DNA of 64,000 nt from an uncultured Chloroflexia bacterium (GTDB lineage: Bacteria; Chloroflexota; Dehalococcoidia; DSTF01; JALHUB01), in the NCBI GenBank assembly GCA_963703345.1, contig OY969814.1, positions 1,088,001 to 1,152,000 of the forward strand, read 5' to 3'. The position numbers and the translations under genes are program-made. The stretch's first letter is position 1. Every line of letters starts with the position of its first letter. The notes beneath the pieces are model-generated. The model made no database searches. It worked only from the letters and a program-made list of their open reading frames with translations, and had not been told where the DNA came from. Positions 1-9,824 of the stretch are shown here, one piece after another.

Positions 1-1
1 C

Positions 2-3000
2 GTCAAGCCCAACACGCTGCCGCGGCTCGACTTCTCGCGGGGAATACCTTCCGACCTGCGCACGCTCGTCGTCGTGCCCATGCTCCTTACCGAGCCGGAG
101 GACATCGAAGATCTGCTTGGCGCGCTGGAGGTGCGTTTTCTGGCGAACCACGACAATAACCTCTACTTCGGACTGCTGACGGACTTCCGCGACGCGCCGG
201 CGGAGGTGATGCCGGAAGACGGGGAACTGCTCCGTCTGGCGCGCGAGGGAATCGAGACGCTCAACCGCAAGTACCAGGACGACCGCGATGACGCCTTCTT
301 CCTCTTCCATCGACCGCGCCGCTGGAACCCTCAAGAGCGCGTGTGGATGGGCCACGAACGCAAGCGGGGGAAGCTGAGTGACCTCAACGCCCTCCTGCGT
401 GGTGCGGAGGACGGCCGATTCTCGCTGATCGTCGGCGAACGGTCGGTGCTGCCGGCCGTCAAATACGTGCTCACGCTCGACGCCGACACGGAGCTCCCTC
501 GCGACGCCGCCCGCCTCCTCGTCGGCACGCTCAGCCACCCTCTCAACCGACCGCGTTACGATGAGGCGAAGGGGCGCATCTGCGAAGGCTACGGCATCCT
601 GCAACCGCGCCTATCGCCGGCGATGGCGAACGTCAGCCGCTCACCGTTCAGCCGCCTGTTCGGCGGTGAGCCCGGCATCGACCCCTATACACGCGCCGTC
701 TCCGACGTCTACCAGGACGTCTTCCGCGAGGGGTCTTTCACCGGCAAGGGAATCTTCGACGTGGACGCTTTCGAGCGGGCGCTCGGCGGCCGCTTCCCCG
801 AGAACCTGATCCTCAGCCACGACCTGCTTGAAGGCTGCTATGCGCGGTCCGCGCTTGTCACTGACGTTCAACTCCAAGAGAGCTACCCGACGCGCTTCAG
901 TGCCGATGTGACCCGCCGCCACCGCTGGATCCGCGGTGACTGGCAGATCGCCCGTTGGCTGTTGCCGTTTGCGCCCGATGCCAGCGGCCGTTCGGCGCGC
1001 AACCCGCTCTCGGCGCTCTCGCGCTGGAAGATATTCGACAATCTACGGCGGAGTCTACTGCCCGGTGCGCTCGTGCTCCTCCTGCTCCTTGGGTGGACAA
1101 CTCTTGGGCCGGCTTGGTTCTGGACATGCATTGTCGCCGGCATCGTCCTTCTCGGTCCGCTTCTGGCCTTCCTTGGCGACATCGCCGCCAAGCCAACGGG
1201 TCTGCCGATCCGCTTGCACCTCAGGGCCGCCGCCGCGTCGGGCGCCAGGCGAATGGCCCAGAGCGCGTTCGGCCTGGCGGTCCTGCCCTACGAAGCGGCT
1301 TTCAGCCTGGACGCCGTGCTCAAGACTTGGTGGCGGATGCTAGTCACGCGGCGCGGTCTCCTTAAGTGGACAACGTCAAGCGACGCCAGGCGGAGCGCCA
1401 GCAGGCGGCTCGCCGAGTTCTTGCGAATGATGTGGGTAGCGCCGGCCATAGCTCTCGCGGTGATGGGCTACCTCTCGGTTGAGCGGCCTATGGCGCTCCT
1501 GCCTGCGGGGCCGCTTCTCGCTGCCTGGGTGGCCTCGCCGGTCATTGCCTGGTGGGTAAGCCGACCGATCGAGCAGCGGGAGCCGCACCTCTCGCCCGTG
1601 CAAACGAACTTCCTGCGCAAGCTGGCCCGCGAGACGTGGCGCTTCTTCGAGACGTTCGTAGGCCCTGAAGACAACTGGCTGCCGCCCGACAGCTATCAGG
1701 AGGAGCCGATCGAGACGGTTGCCCACCGGACCTCGCCCACGAACATGGGACTTTCACTCCTCGCCAACCTGGCTGCGTACGACTTCGGTTATATATCCGC
1801 CCGCCGCCTGATCGAGCGGACGACGCGCGCACTCCAGACGATGGAGGGGCTGGAGCGGAACCGCGGCCACTTCTACAACTGGTACGACACGATCACGCTG
1901 CGGCCGCTTGCGCCGCTCTATGTTTCCACGGTTGACAGCGGCAACTTGGCCGCCCACCTACTCACGCTGAGGCCGGGCTTGCAGGAGTTGGCGGATAGCC
2001 AGGTTCTGCCACCTCAGGCTCTTGGCGGCCTCCGCGACACGCTCGGCCTCCTGGCCGGCGCAGCACGGGCTGCCCGCTCGCCCGAGACGCCAGATAGTGA
2101 CAGCGGCCTCACCGGAATGCTCGACGAGATCGCCGGGTTAATCGACACGCCGGCCAGCCCTCCCGTCGGCCTCTACGCCTGCCGCTCACTCCTCGATCAG
2201 TTGATGACGGCGGCTGGGCGCATCGCTGGCGACTTGGGCCCCGAGCCCGATGCCGAGGCGGAGTGGTGGGCTCGCTCGTTCAAGGAGCAGTGCGAGGACT
2301 GGCTCGGCGACCTCGACCACCTAGCGCCCTGGGCGGCACTGTCGCCTCCGCCCGACGCCCTAGTCGATAACGGGGCTACCGAAGCCGCGGCGTCCGAGGC
2401 GTTGTTCGATGCGATCTGCCGGCTCGAGGAGGGCCCCACGCTCCGCGAAACCGCCGACTTCAGTGAGACGCTCATCCCGGCGCTCGACGCCAGGCTTGCC
2501 GCCCTCACGGTCGACGGCACGCGACCTGCCCACGAGTGGCTGGCCCGTTTACGGGGCGCAGTGAGCGAGGCGAGCAGCCACGCAGCTGACCGGTTGGAAA
2601 CCATCGAGCGGCTCGGCGGGCTCAGCTACAGGCTGGCCGACGCGGACTACGACTTCCTGACGGACCATTCGCGCAACCTGTTCGCCATCGGCTACAACGT
2701 CGCCGAGCGGCGGCGCGACCCGAGCTACTATGATTTGCTGGCCTCAGAGGCGCGGCTTGCCAGCTTCGTCAGCATCGCGCAACGACACCTGTCGCAGGAT
2801 CACTGGTTCGCGCTTGGTCGCCTCGTCACCACCTCCGGCGCCGACCCCGCTCTCCTCTCCTGGGGCGGCTCCATGTTCGAATACCTGATGCCGCTCGTCG
2901 TCATGCCGACATACGGCGGCACTGTGCTTGACGGGACCTATAAGGCCATCGTCCGTCGTCAGATCGGGTACGGCGCGCAGCGGGGCGTCCCTTGGGGCAT

Positions 3001-6000
3001 CTCGGAGTCCGGCTACAATACGACGGACGCCCACCTCAACTACCAGTACCGCGCCTTCGGCGTGCCGGGGCTCGGCTTCAAGCGAGGTCTCGCGGAGGAC
3101 CTCGTCGTCGCGCCCTACGCGACGGTGATGGCGCTGATGGTCTCACCGAAAGAGGCATGCGCAAATCTTGAGCGCCTCGCCGACCTCGGCGCGGAGGGCC
3201 GCTACGGCCTCTACGAGGCGATCGACTACACATCCTCGCGCCTGCCGCGCGGCGAGACGTTTGCGCTCGTGCGGTCGTTCATGCCACACCACGAGGGTAT
3301 GAGCTTCCTCTCTCTCGCCTACGCGCTCCTCGGCCGGCCGATGCAGCGCCGCTTCCTCTCCGAGCCGATCTTTCGGGCGACAGAGGGTCTGCTGCAGGAG
3401 CGCGTGCCTAAGGTCGCACCTTTCTACCCAAACGCCGCCGAGACGTCCGGGCTGCAGCAGCGCGCCGGTGAGTACCAGGCCCTCCTTCGCGTGTTCAGCA
3501 ACCCCAACTCCGCCTCGCCGGAGGTGCACCTGCTTTCCAACGGCAGCTACAACGTTATGGTGACCAATGCCGGGGGCGGCTATAGCCGTTGGCGCGACCT
3601 CGCGGTCACGCGCTGGCAAGAGGATGCGACTCGCGATTGCCACGGCACGTTCTGCTACCTCCGCGACCTGACGAGCGGCGAGGTATGGTCCACGGCCTAC
3701 CAGCCGACGCTGAGGCAGCCGAAGACCTACGACGCGATCTTCTCCCAGGCGCGCGCCGAGTACCGCCGCCGCGATGGCGAGATCGACACGCATACGGAGA
3801 TCGCCGTCTCGCCGGAGGACGACGTCGAGATCAGACGCATCAGGATAACGAATCGCTCCGGCACGCGGCGCACTATCGAGGTGACGAGCTATGCGGAAGT
3901 AGTCATGGCGCCGCCGGCCGCCGACGCCGCCCACCCGGCCTTCAGCAACCTCTTCGTCCAGACGGAGATCGTCCCGTCGCACGACGCCGTCCTTTGCTCG
4001 CGGCGGCCTCGCTCGCCCGGCGAGCCGACGCCCTGGATGGTCCATTTGATGGACGCGAGAGCGACATCCTCCATCGGCGAGACATCGTTCGAGACGGACC
4101 GGCTGCGCTTCATCGGGCGGGGCCGCTCCCTCGCCGACCCTGAAGCAATGCAAGACACTGGCCGCCTTTCCGGTAGCCAGGGCGCCGTGCTTGACCCGAT
4201 CGTCTCAGTCCGCCGCCAGGTTACGGTGGGTCCGGATGAGACGGTCTGGGTGAACGTGGTGACCGGTGTCGGCGAGACGCGCCAGCGGGCGATGGCGCTC
4301 GCAGGCAAGTACCACGACCGCCGCCTGGCCGACCGTGTCTTCGATCTGGCGATGACCCACCGGCAGGTCGTCCTCCGCCAGCTCAACGCGACCGAGTCCG
4401 ACGCCCAACTCTACGGCCGCCTCGCTAGCTCGATCGTCTACGCCAACGCGGGCCGCCGAGCGCCGGCGAACGTGCTCGCTCGCAACCGGCGCCCGCAGTC
4501 CGGACTCTGGGGCTTCGGCATCTCCGGCGACTTGCCGATCGTACTTCTGCGCATAGGCGACCGAACGAAGATCGAACTCGTGCGGCAGCTCGTCCAGGCG
4601 CACGCGTACTGGCGCCTCACCGGGCTCGCAGTCGACCTTGTGATCTGGAACGAGGAGCCATCCGGCTACCGACAGGAGCTGCACGAGGAGATCATGGGAA
4701 TCGTCTCCGCCGGAACTGAGTCGCACGTCATTGACCGGCCGGGTGGCATCTTCGTCCGGCACGCCGACCAAATGTCGGAGGAGGATGGGATCCTCCAGCA
4801 GACTGTCGCCCGCGTTGTGATCGTCGATACTGCCGGGACGCTGGCCGAGCAGATCGAGCGCCGCCGCCGCGTCCAGCAAGCTGTGCCGGCGCTCACGCCG
4901 GCCGATGGCATCGTGCCCGAGCGCGAGCGCGCCGTCGAGCTTCCAAGCCGCGACCTCCTGTTCTCGAATGGCCTCGGCGGTTTTGCGCCGGACGGGCGCG
5001 AGTACGTCATCACTCTGCGGCCGGGCGAGACGACGCCAGCGCCCTGGGCGAACGTGCTGGCGAACCCGCAGTTCGGCGCCGTGGTTACAGAGAGCGGGGG
5101 TGGCTACACCTGGGGTGAGAACGCCCACGAACTCCGTCTGACTCCCTGGTACAATGATCCGCTCACGGACACTAGCGGAGAGGCTTTCTACGTTCGTGAC
5201 GAAGAGACCGGTCGCTACTGGTCGCCGACGCCCCTACCAGCGCGCGGCGTGACCGCCTACACGTGCCGCCACGGCTTCGGGTACACGGTTTTCGAGCACG
5301 CGGAGGACGGCGTCGTCTCCGAGCTGGCCGAGTACGTTGCGCTCGACGCGACGGTGAAGCTGATGGCGCTTACGCTTCGCAACGAGTCGGGCCGGGCGCG
5401 GCGCCTCTCGGCGACGGGCTACGTCGAGTGGGTGCTCGGCGAGCAGCGGTCAAAGTCGCTCCTCCACGTCGTTACGGAGATCGACCCGAAGAGCGGCGCC
5501 GTCTTCGCCCGCAATCCCTACAACGGCGACTTCCCCGGCCGCGTCGCCTTCTTCGACGTGGACGAACCGCACTGCACCGTTACCTGTAATCGCGCCGAGT
5601 TCATCGGCCGCAACGGCCTGCCAGGCCAGCCCTCGGCAATGAAAAGGGCTCGTCTATCCGGCCAGGTTGGCGCTGGGCTGGATCCCTGCGCCGCGCTGCA
5701 GGTCCAGGTCGACCTGGCCGACGGCGAGGAACGGGAGATCGTCTTCGTCCTCGGCGTCGGGCGCGACGAGGAGGAGGCGCGCGACGTCGTGCAGCGCTTC
5801 CGCGGCCTCGGGCCCGCGCACGCGGCGCTGGAGGCGGTCAAGGCGCACTGGGAGCGTGTCCTTGGCGCCGTCCGCGTCGAGACACCGGAGCCAACCGTCA
5901 ACATCCTCGCCAATGGCTGGCTTCTCTATCAGACAATCGCTTGCCGCCTCTGGGCGCGGACCGGCTTGTATCAGTCGGGTGGCGCCTTTGGCTTCCGCGA

Positions 6001-7393
6001 CCAGCTCCAGGACGTGATGGCGCTTGTCCACGCCCAGCCGCTACTCATCCGCGACCACCTGCTGCGCTGCGCGGCCCGCCAGTTCCGCGAGGGGGACGTC
6101 CAGCACTGGTGGCACCCGCCGACAGGGCGTGGCGTGCGAACGCGCTGCTCCGACGACTTGCTCTGGTTGCCACTGGCGACGGCCCGCTACGTCCTCGCGA
6201 CGGGCGATACCGGCGTCCTCGACGAGCACGTCGCCTATATCGAGGGGCGGCCGCTCAACCCGGGCGAGGACTCCTACTATGACCTGCCGGCGCGGTCGGA
6301 GGAGACGGGCACCCTTTACGAGCACTGCGTCAGGGCGATCGAGCGGGGAACGCGGCTCGGCCGACACGGGCTGCCGTTGATCGGCTCCGGCGATTGGAAC
6401 GACAGCATGAACACGGTCGGCCTGGGCGGTAAGGGCGAGAGCGTCTGGCTGGCGTTTTTCCTCCAGCATGTTCTTACACAGTTCGCCGAAGTCGCGCGCC
6501 TCCACGGCGATGCCGCCTTCGCCGAGCGTTCAGAGTCGGAGGCCGCGGCACTCCGCCAGTCGGCAGAGATGCACGCCTGGGACGGCGATTGGTACCTTCG
6601 CGCCTACTTCGACGCCGGCGAGCCGCTTGGCTCTGCTGGCAGCCCGGAGTGCCGCATCGACTCGATACCTCAGAGCTGGTCTGTGATATCCGGTGCCGGC
6701 GACCCGCAGCGCCCTCGCGTCGCCATGGAGTCTGTCGACCGGCTGCTCGTGCGCCGCGATCAAACCCTCATCCAGCTCCTTGACCCGCCGTTTGACAAGT
6801 CCGAACTGAATCCCGGCTACATCAAGGGGTATCCGCCGGGCGTGAGGGAGAACGGTGGCCAGTACACGCATGCCGCGGTCTGGGCGATCATGGCGTTCGC
6901 GGCGCTGGGCGACGGCCGCCGCGCCTGGGAGTTGCTCTCGCTGATCAGCCCGCTCAACCACGCGTCGGCTGCAGAGAAAGCGGCGACCTATCGTGTCGAG
7001 CCGTACGTTGTCGCCGCCGATGTCCACGCGCTGCCGCCGCGCACGGGCGAAGGCGGCTGGACCTGGTACACGGGTGCCGCCGGCTGGATGTACCGGCTGA
7101 TCGTCGAGTCGCTGCTCGGCCTTCGCTTGGAGGTAGATCGGCTGTCCTTCACGCCTTGCCTGCCGGCCGACTGGCAGTCGTTCAGCCTCAGGTACCGTTA
7201 CCGGGAGACGACCTACGCGATCACCATTCGACGAGCGGGCGAGGGCGATGGAGTGTGCGTAGTCGTAGACGGCGTTGAGCAGCACGAGACGTCGATCCGG
7301 CTCGTTGATGACAACCGGCCGCACACGGCCGAGGTCGAAATCGGCCGGGGCGACGGAAGTAGCCACACCATCGCCCGCTTCGACAATCGTTGA
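2..7393 (+). CDS. ndvB: Cyclic beta-1,2-glucan synthase/phosphorylase (Cgs/NdvB-like; GT84 region, glucoamylase-like region, GH94 domains), 5'-truncated by the window edge
   Basis: The frame is open from base 2 (VKPNTLPRLDFSRGIP...TLVVVP). Motifs: ERKRGKL, TLDADT, SHDLLEG, RRHRWIRGDWQ, YDLLASEARL, PWGISES, YQSGGAFGFRDQLQD, GSGDWND, GVRENGGQYTH. Confidence 0.92.
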   Translation, partial: VKPNTLPRLDFSRGIPSDLRTLVVVPMLLTEPEDIEDLLGALEVRFLANHDNNLYFGLLTDFRDAPAEVMPEDGELLRLAREGIETLNRKYQDDRDDAFFLFHRPRRWNPQERVWMGHERKRGKLSDLNALLRGAEDGRFSLIVGERSVLPAVKYVLTLDADTELPRDAARLLVGTLSHPLNRPRYDEAKGRICEGYGILQPRLSPAMANVSRSPFSRLFGGEPGIDPYTRAVSDVYQDVFREGSFTGKGIFDVDAFERALGGRFPENLILSHDLLEGCYARSALVTDVQLQESYPTRFSADVTRRHRWIRGDWQIARWLLPFAPDASGRSARNPLSALSRWKIFDNLRRSLLPGALVLLLLLGWTTLGPAWFWTCIVAGIVLLGPLLAFLGDIAAKPTGLPIRLHLRAAAASGARRMAQSAFGLAVLPYEAAFSLDAVLKTWWRMLVTRRGLLKWTTSSDARRSASRRLAEFLRMMWVAPAIALAVMGYLSVERPMALLPAGPLLAAWVASPVIAWWVSRPIEQREPHLSPVQTNFLRKLARETWRFFETFVGPEDNWLPPDSYQEEPIETVAHRTSPTNMGLSLLANLAAYDFGYISARRLIERTTRALQTMEGLERNRGHFYNWYDTITLRPLAPLYVSTVDSGNLAAHLLTLRPGLQELADSQVLPPQALGGLRDTLGLLAGAARAARSPETPDSDSGLTGMLDEIAGLIDTPASPPVGLYACRSLLDQLMTAAGRIAGDLGPEPDAEAEWWARSFKEQCEDWLGDLDHLAPWAALSPPPDALVDNGATEAAASEALFDAICRLEEGPTLRETADFSETLIPALDARLAALTVDGTRPAHEWLARLRGAVSEASSHAADRLETIERLGGLSYRLADADYDFLTDHSRNLFAIGYNVAERRRDPSYYDLLASEARLASFVSIAQRHLSQDHWFALGRLVTTSGADPALLSWGGSMFEYLMPLVVMPTYGGTVLDGTYKAIVRRQIGYGAQRGVPWGISESGYNTTDAHLNYQYRAFGVPGLGFKRGLAEDLVVAPYATVMALMVSPKEACANLERLADLGAEGRYGLYEAIDYTSSRLPRGETFALVRSFMPHHEGMSFLSLAYALLGRPMQRRFLSEPIFRATEGLLQERVPKVAPFYPNAAETSGLQQRAGEYQALLRVFSNPNSASPEVHLLSNGSYNVMVTNAGGGYSRWRDLAVTRWQEDATRDCHGTFCYLRDLTSGEVWSTAYQPTLRQPKTYDAIFSQARAEYRRRDGEIDTHTEIAVSPEDDVEIRRIRITNRSGTRRTIEVTSYAEVVMAPPAADAAHPAFSNLFVQTEIVPSHDAVLCSRRPRSPGEPTPWMVHLMDARATSSIGETSFETDRLRFIGRGRSLADPEAMQDTGRLSGSQGAVLDPIVSVRRQVTVGPDETVWVNVVTGVGETRQRAMALAGKYHDRRLADRVFDLAMTHRQVVLRQLNATESDAQLYGRLASSIVYANAGRRAPANVLARNRRPQSGLWGFGISGDLPIVLLRIGDRTKIELVRQLVQAHAYWRLTGLAVDLVIWNEEPSGYRQELHEEIMGIVSAGTESHVIDRPGGIFVRHADQMSEEDGILQQTVARVVIVDTAGTLAEQIERRRRVQQAVPALTPADGIVPERERAVELPSRDLLFSNGLGGFAPDGREYVITLRPGETTPAPWANVLANPQFGAVVTESGGGYTWGENAHELRLTPWYNDPLTDTSGEAFYVRDEETGRYWSPTPLPARGVTAYTCRHGFGYTVFEHAEDGVVSELAEYVALDATVKLMALTLRNESGRARRLSATGYVEWVLGEQRSKSLLHVVTEIDPKSGAVFARNPYNGDFPGRVAFFDVDEPHCTVTCNRAEFIGRNGLPGQPSAMKRARLSGQVGAGLDPCAALQVQVDLADGEEREIVFVLGVGRDEEEARDVVQRFRGLGPAHAALEAVKAHWERVLGAVRVETPEPTVNILANGWLLYQTIACRLWARTGLYQSGGAFGFRDQLQDVMALVHAQPLLIRDHLLRCAARQFREGDVQHWWHPPTGRGVRTRCSDDLLWLPLATARYVLATGDTGVLDEHVAYIEGRPLNPGEDSYYDLPARSEETGTLYEHCVRAIERGTRLGRHGLPLIGSGDWNDSMNTVGLGGKGESVWLAFFLQHVLTQFAEVARLHGDAAFAERSESEAAALRQSAEMHAWDGDWYLRAYFDAGEPLGSAGSPECRIDSIPQSWSVISGAGDPQRPRVAMESVDRLLVRRDQTLIQLLDPPFDKSELNPGYIKGYPPGVRENGGQYTHAAVWAIMAFAALGDGRRAWELLSLISPLNHASAAEKAATYRVEPYVVAADVHALPPRTGEGGWTWYTGAAGWMYRLIVESLLGLRLEVDRLSFTPCLPADWQSFSLRYRYRETTYAITIRRAGEGDGVCVVVDGVEQHETSIRLVDDNRPHTAEVEIGRGDGSSHTIARFDNR

Positions 7394-7740
7394 TGTACTG
7401 GAGCGACCTGACACTTCTGTTGTGCCCTACACCCTAGAGGATATCATTCGAACCATCGATCAGTGGGCTTTTGTTGGCAAGCCCAGCGGAAACCAGAAGC
7501 CGGCATCTGGATCTGACTTGCACTCATATCTTGCATTGAAGGGCAAGCTGGGATCGCTGCGCAGGACAGGTGCCTTCGATGCGCCTAACGTCCCTCCGAT
7601 GAGGGCTTCTGAGTTGATTCAGGCAGGCCGCGTCAGTGTGTTCGATGTGTCCTACGCAAATGATCGCCTGAAAAACCTGGTCATCGCTCAGCTTCTGCGC
7701 TCAGTATTCGACTACAAGAGAACCAATGAGAAGGCCGCTG
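7385..7740 (+). pseudogene. Internal fragment of a HerA/FtsK-like ATPase
   Basis: Translation GRVSVFDVSYANDRLKNLVIAQLLRSVFDYK resembles the HerA-family segment just before Walker B. No start codon and no Walker motifs; visibly lower GC than the flanks. Confidence 0.45.
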
Positions 7741-8376
7741 CCCGAAAGCAAGCGCGCCGATTTCGCCGCCGAGAGCGCCGAAGCAGCAGGCAAGGTCGCC
7801 AGAGGACTGTCAGGGCTGACCCTACCGCGACCAGGGCTCCTCCTCCAGGCCAGACTCTAGGCTTCTTGCCTTTCACGAATATCATCCTCCTTTACGATAA
7901 TAAGCAGTACGACGAGATACTCAAGCGTCAGTCGAGCGGGATCCATCCTCCTTTCGACGAACGCAACGCGACGAGGCACGACAAGCTTCAGTTGAGCGGG
8001 TCCCGGTTCGATTCGGCGCCTGCTCTTCTGAGACTGCACAGGTCAGCGCCAGCGCGCACTAGACAGGAATGTTCGCGTCCGATCTTGCGACCGGCCCGAG
8101 GCGGGCGAGTGGTATGTAGCCTACAAGATAGTCACCTCTTTGTCAAGGCGCGAGCGCCCCGCTGCACAATACGCTGAAATAGCTAGAATTAGCTCGAAAT
8201 AAGTGCGGCGCGACCACCTGAGTGGGTATCTTCGGCGGTCTGCATCGAATCTGAAAAGGCCGGTTTAGCTTCGCAGCTCATAGATATTGTCAAGATCTCC
8301 TGAAAGGGCAGATGCACACCTAACTAGTAAGTTCTTGGGGGGGGGAGAATTGCGGGGATGAGGCCGATTTTGAATC

Positions 8377-8422
8377 TGGTCGGGGCGGTGGGATTCGAAC
8401 CCACGACCTCCTGAACCCCATT
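8377..8422 (-). pseudogene. 3' half of tRNA-Pro(GGG), from anticodon loop to CCA; probable att-site remnant
   Basis: Minus strand reads AATGGGGTTCAGGAGGTCGTGGGTTCGAATCCCACCGCCCCGACCA. Similarity stops at the anticodon arm, and no D-arm or 5' acceptor strand precedes it. Confidence 0.85.
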
Positions 8423-8547
8423 TGGAGGCTCCTCGATTGAATCGGTGTCGGAGGGAGGCTTCCTGATTGGTATTTCGGAGATCTTCGAGTCAGGGCGATA
8501 TCTGAAGACACCATCCCGGTGCCAACTGGTGCGTAGTCATCTCCAAC

Positions 8548-8598
8548 ATCATATCCACGTCACACTTTCGTCACGCTCGCATCACACGCATGTCACAG
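8548..8598 (+). repeat. Five direct repeats (RTCAY core) with an exact 11-bp period
   Basis: ATCATAT at 8548, GTCACAC at 8559, GTCACGC at 8570, ATCACAC at 8581, GTCACAG at 8592. Confidence 0.7.
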
Positions 8599-8601
8599 GA
8601 T

Positions 8602-8671
8602 GCCCTCGCTCAGGCCAAGAGAAGGGTTTCGAGACCGCGTGTCGCAGGTTCGAGTCCTGCCGGGGGTACCA
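8602..8671 (+). pseudogene. Degenerate tRNA, probably Arg; intact T-arm and 3' end, eroded D and anticodon arms
   Basis: GCAGG-TTCGAGT-CCTGC T-arm and CGGGGGT-A-CCA end. GCCCTCG at 8602 can pair with the acceptor strand. The loop TTTCGAG suggests TCG, but the 5' anticodon stem does not pair. Confidence 0.65.
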
Positions 8672-8735
8672 GCAATCTGGCTGGCGCCCCGTGCCCGGCG
8701 TCCGCGCGGCGTGCGAAGGGACAGGTGGCCTCCTT

Positions 8736-9401
8736 CTAGTACTTGGAGACGTTAAGCTCCTCCAACCGCCCCGTCACCAGGTACGCGACGCGTTCGCAGA
8801 CGTTGGTGACCCGATCGGCGATGCGCTCCAGGTTGTGCGCAACCCAGAGCAGTCGCGTCGCCCGCTCAATCGTATGTGGGTCGTTGAGCATGTAGGTCAA
8901 GAGCTCGCGGTAGACCTGGTCGTAGAGCGCATCGACCTCGTCGTCGCGGTTCATGGTCGAGCGTGCCAGGCCAGCGTCGCGGCGCTTGAACGCCTCGATG
9001 GCGTCTCGCAGCATCTCGGACGCGATGTCCGCCATCCGCGGCAGATCGACGTACGGCTTGAGCGGCGGCTCGTCGGCAAGCATCACGACGATCTTCGCGA
9101 TTCCTTCCGCGTGGTCACCCATCCGCTCTAGGTCGACGATCATGTGCAGCACGGCGACGATCGTCCGCAGGTCGCCGGCGAGCGGCTGCTGGGTCGCGAT
9201 GAGCTCCAGGCAGCGCTCCTCCGTGTCATAGCGCTTGCGGTTGATCTTGACGTCATCGGCGATGATCTGCCTGGCGAGATCGAGATCGCGATTCCTCAGG
9301 GCTACGATGGAACGCTGGATGGCGCTGTCTACCATGTCCGCCATCACGAGCATGTCTTCCTGGACGCTGGCCAGGTTCCGTTCTAGAAGCGTGCGGGCCA
9401 T
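8736..9401 (-). CDS. phoU: Phosphate signalling protein PhoU
   Basis: Two PhoU repeats (DLERMGDHA, LERIADRVTN); last gene of the pst operon. Confidence 0.95.
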   Translation of the reverse strand: MARTLLERNLASVQEDMLVMADMVDSAIQRSIVALRNRDLDLARQIIADDVKINRKRYDTEERCLELIATQQPLAGDLRTIVAVLHMIVDLERMGDHAEGIAKIVVMLADEPPLKPYVDLPRMADIASEMLRDAIEAFKRRDAGLARSTMNRDDEVDALYDQVYRELLTYMLNDPHTIERATRLLWVAHNLERIADRVTNVCERVAYLVTGRLEELNVSKY

Positions 9402-9814
9402 TGTTCCACTCCTCCAACGAACTCGCGGATAAGTTCCTCCAGGGTATCGCGTACACGATTAAAGCACGCCAGCCTCGCTGCCTCGTCGCCGGGGGCAACC
9501 GACGGGTCGGGCAGGCTCCAGTGCAGGAAGCGAGGAGCGCCGGGGAAGAAAGGGCATGCTTCCTTCGCCTCGTCGCAGAGCGTGATGACCACATCCGGCG
9601 AACCTTCGATCTCGCCGACGTCCTTCGCGCGCTGACCGCTAATGTCGATGCCGATCTCGCGCATAGCCGCGATCGCCAGATGGTGCACTTCGGTCGGCGC
9701 CACGCCCGCGCTCTCGACCTCGAAGCGGTTGCCGGCCATGTTGCGTAGCAGCGCCTCCGCCATCTGGCTGCGGGATGCATTGTGGGTGCACAGGAATAGC
9801 ACTCGAACTGCCAT
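9383..9814 (-). CDS. arsC: Arsenate reductase, LMW-PTP/thioredoxin type
   Basis: LFLCTHNASRSQMAE (CX5R) plus the redox Cys pair ITLCDEAKEACP and HWSLPDP. Confidence 0.88.
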   Translation of the reverse strand: MAVRVLFLCTHNASRSQMAEALLRNMAGNRFEVESAGVAPTEVHHLAIAAMREIGIDISGQRAKDVGEIEGSPDVVITLCDEAKEACPFFPGAPRFLHWSLPDPSVAPGDEAARLACFNRVRDTLEELIREFVGGVEQWPARF

Positions 9815-9824
9815 GTCGACCTCT

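Noticed and set aside
7992-8030. tmRNA or tRNA 3' end (CCGGTTCGATTCGG)
   Set aside because: Only a weak T-loop-like motif, with no CCA end or other arms.
7275-8177. 300-aa ORF as an intact gene
   Set aside because: It overlaps the cgs 3' end and is a patchwork of a HerA-like fragment and unrelated low-complexity sequence, with no credible start.
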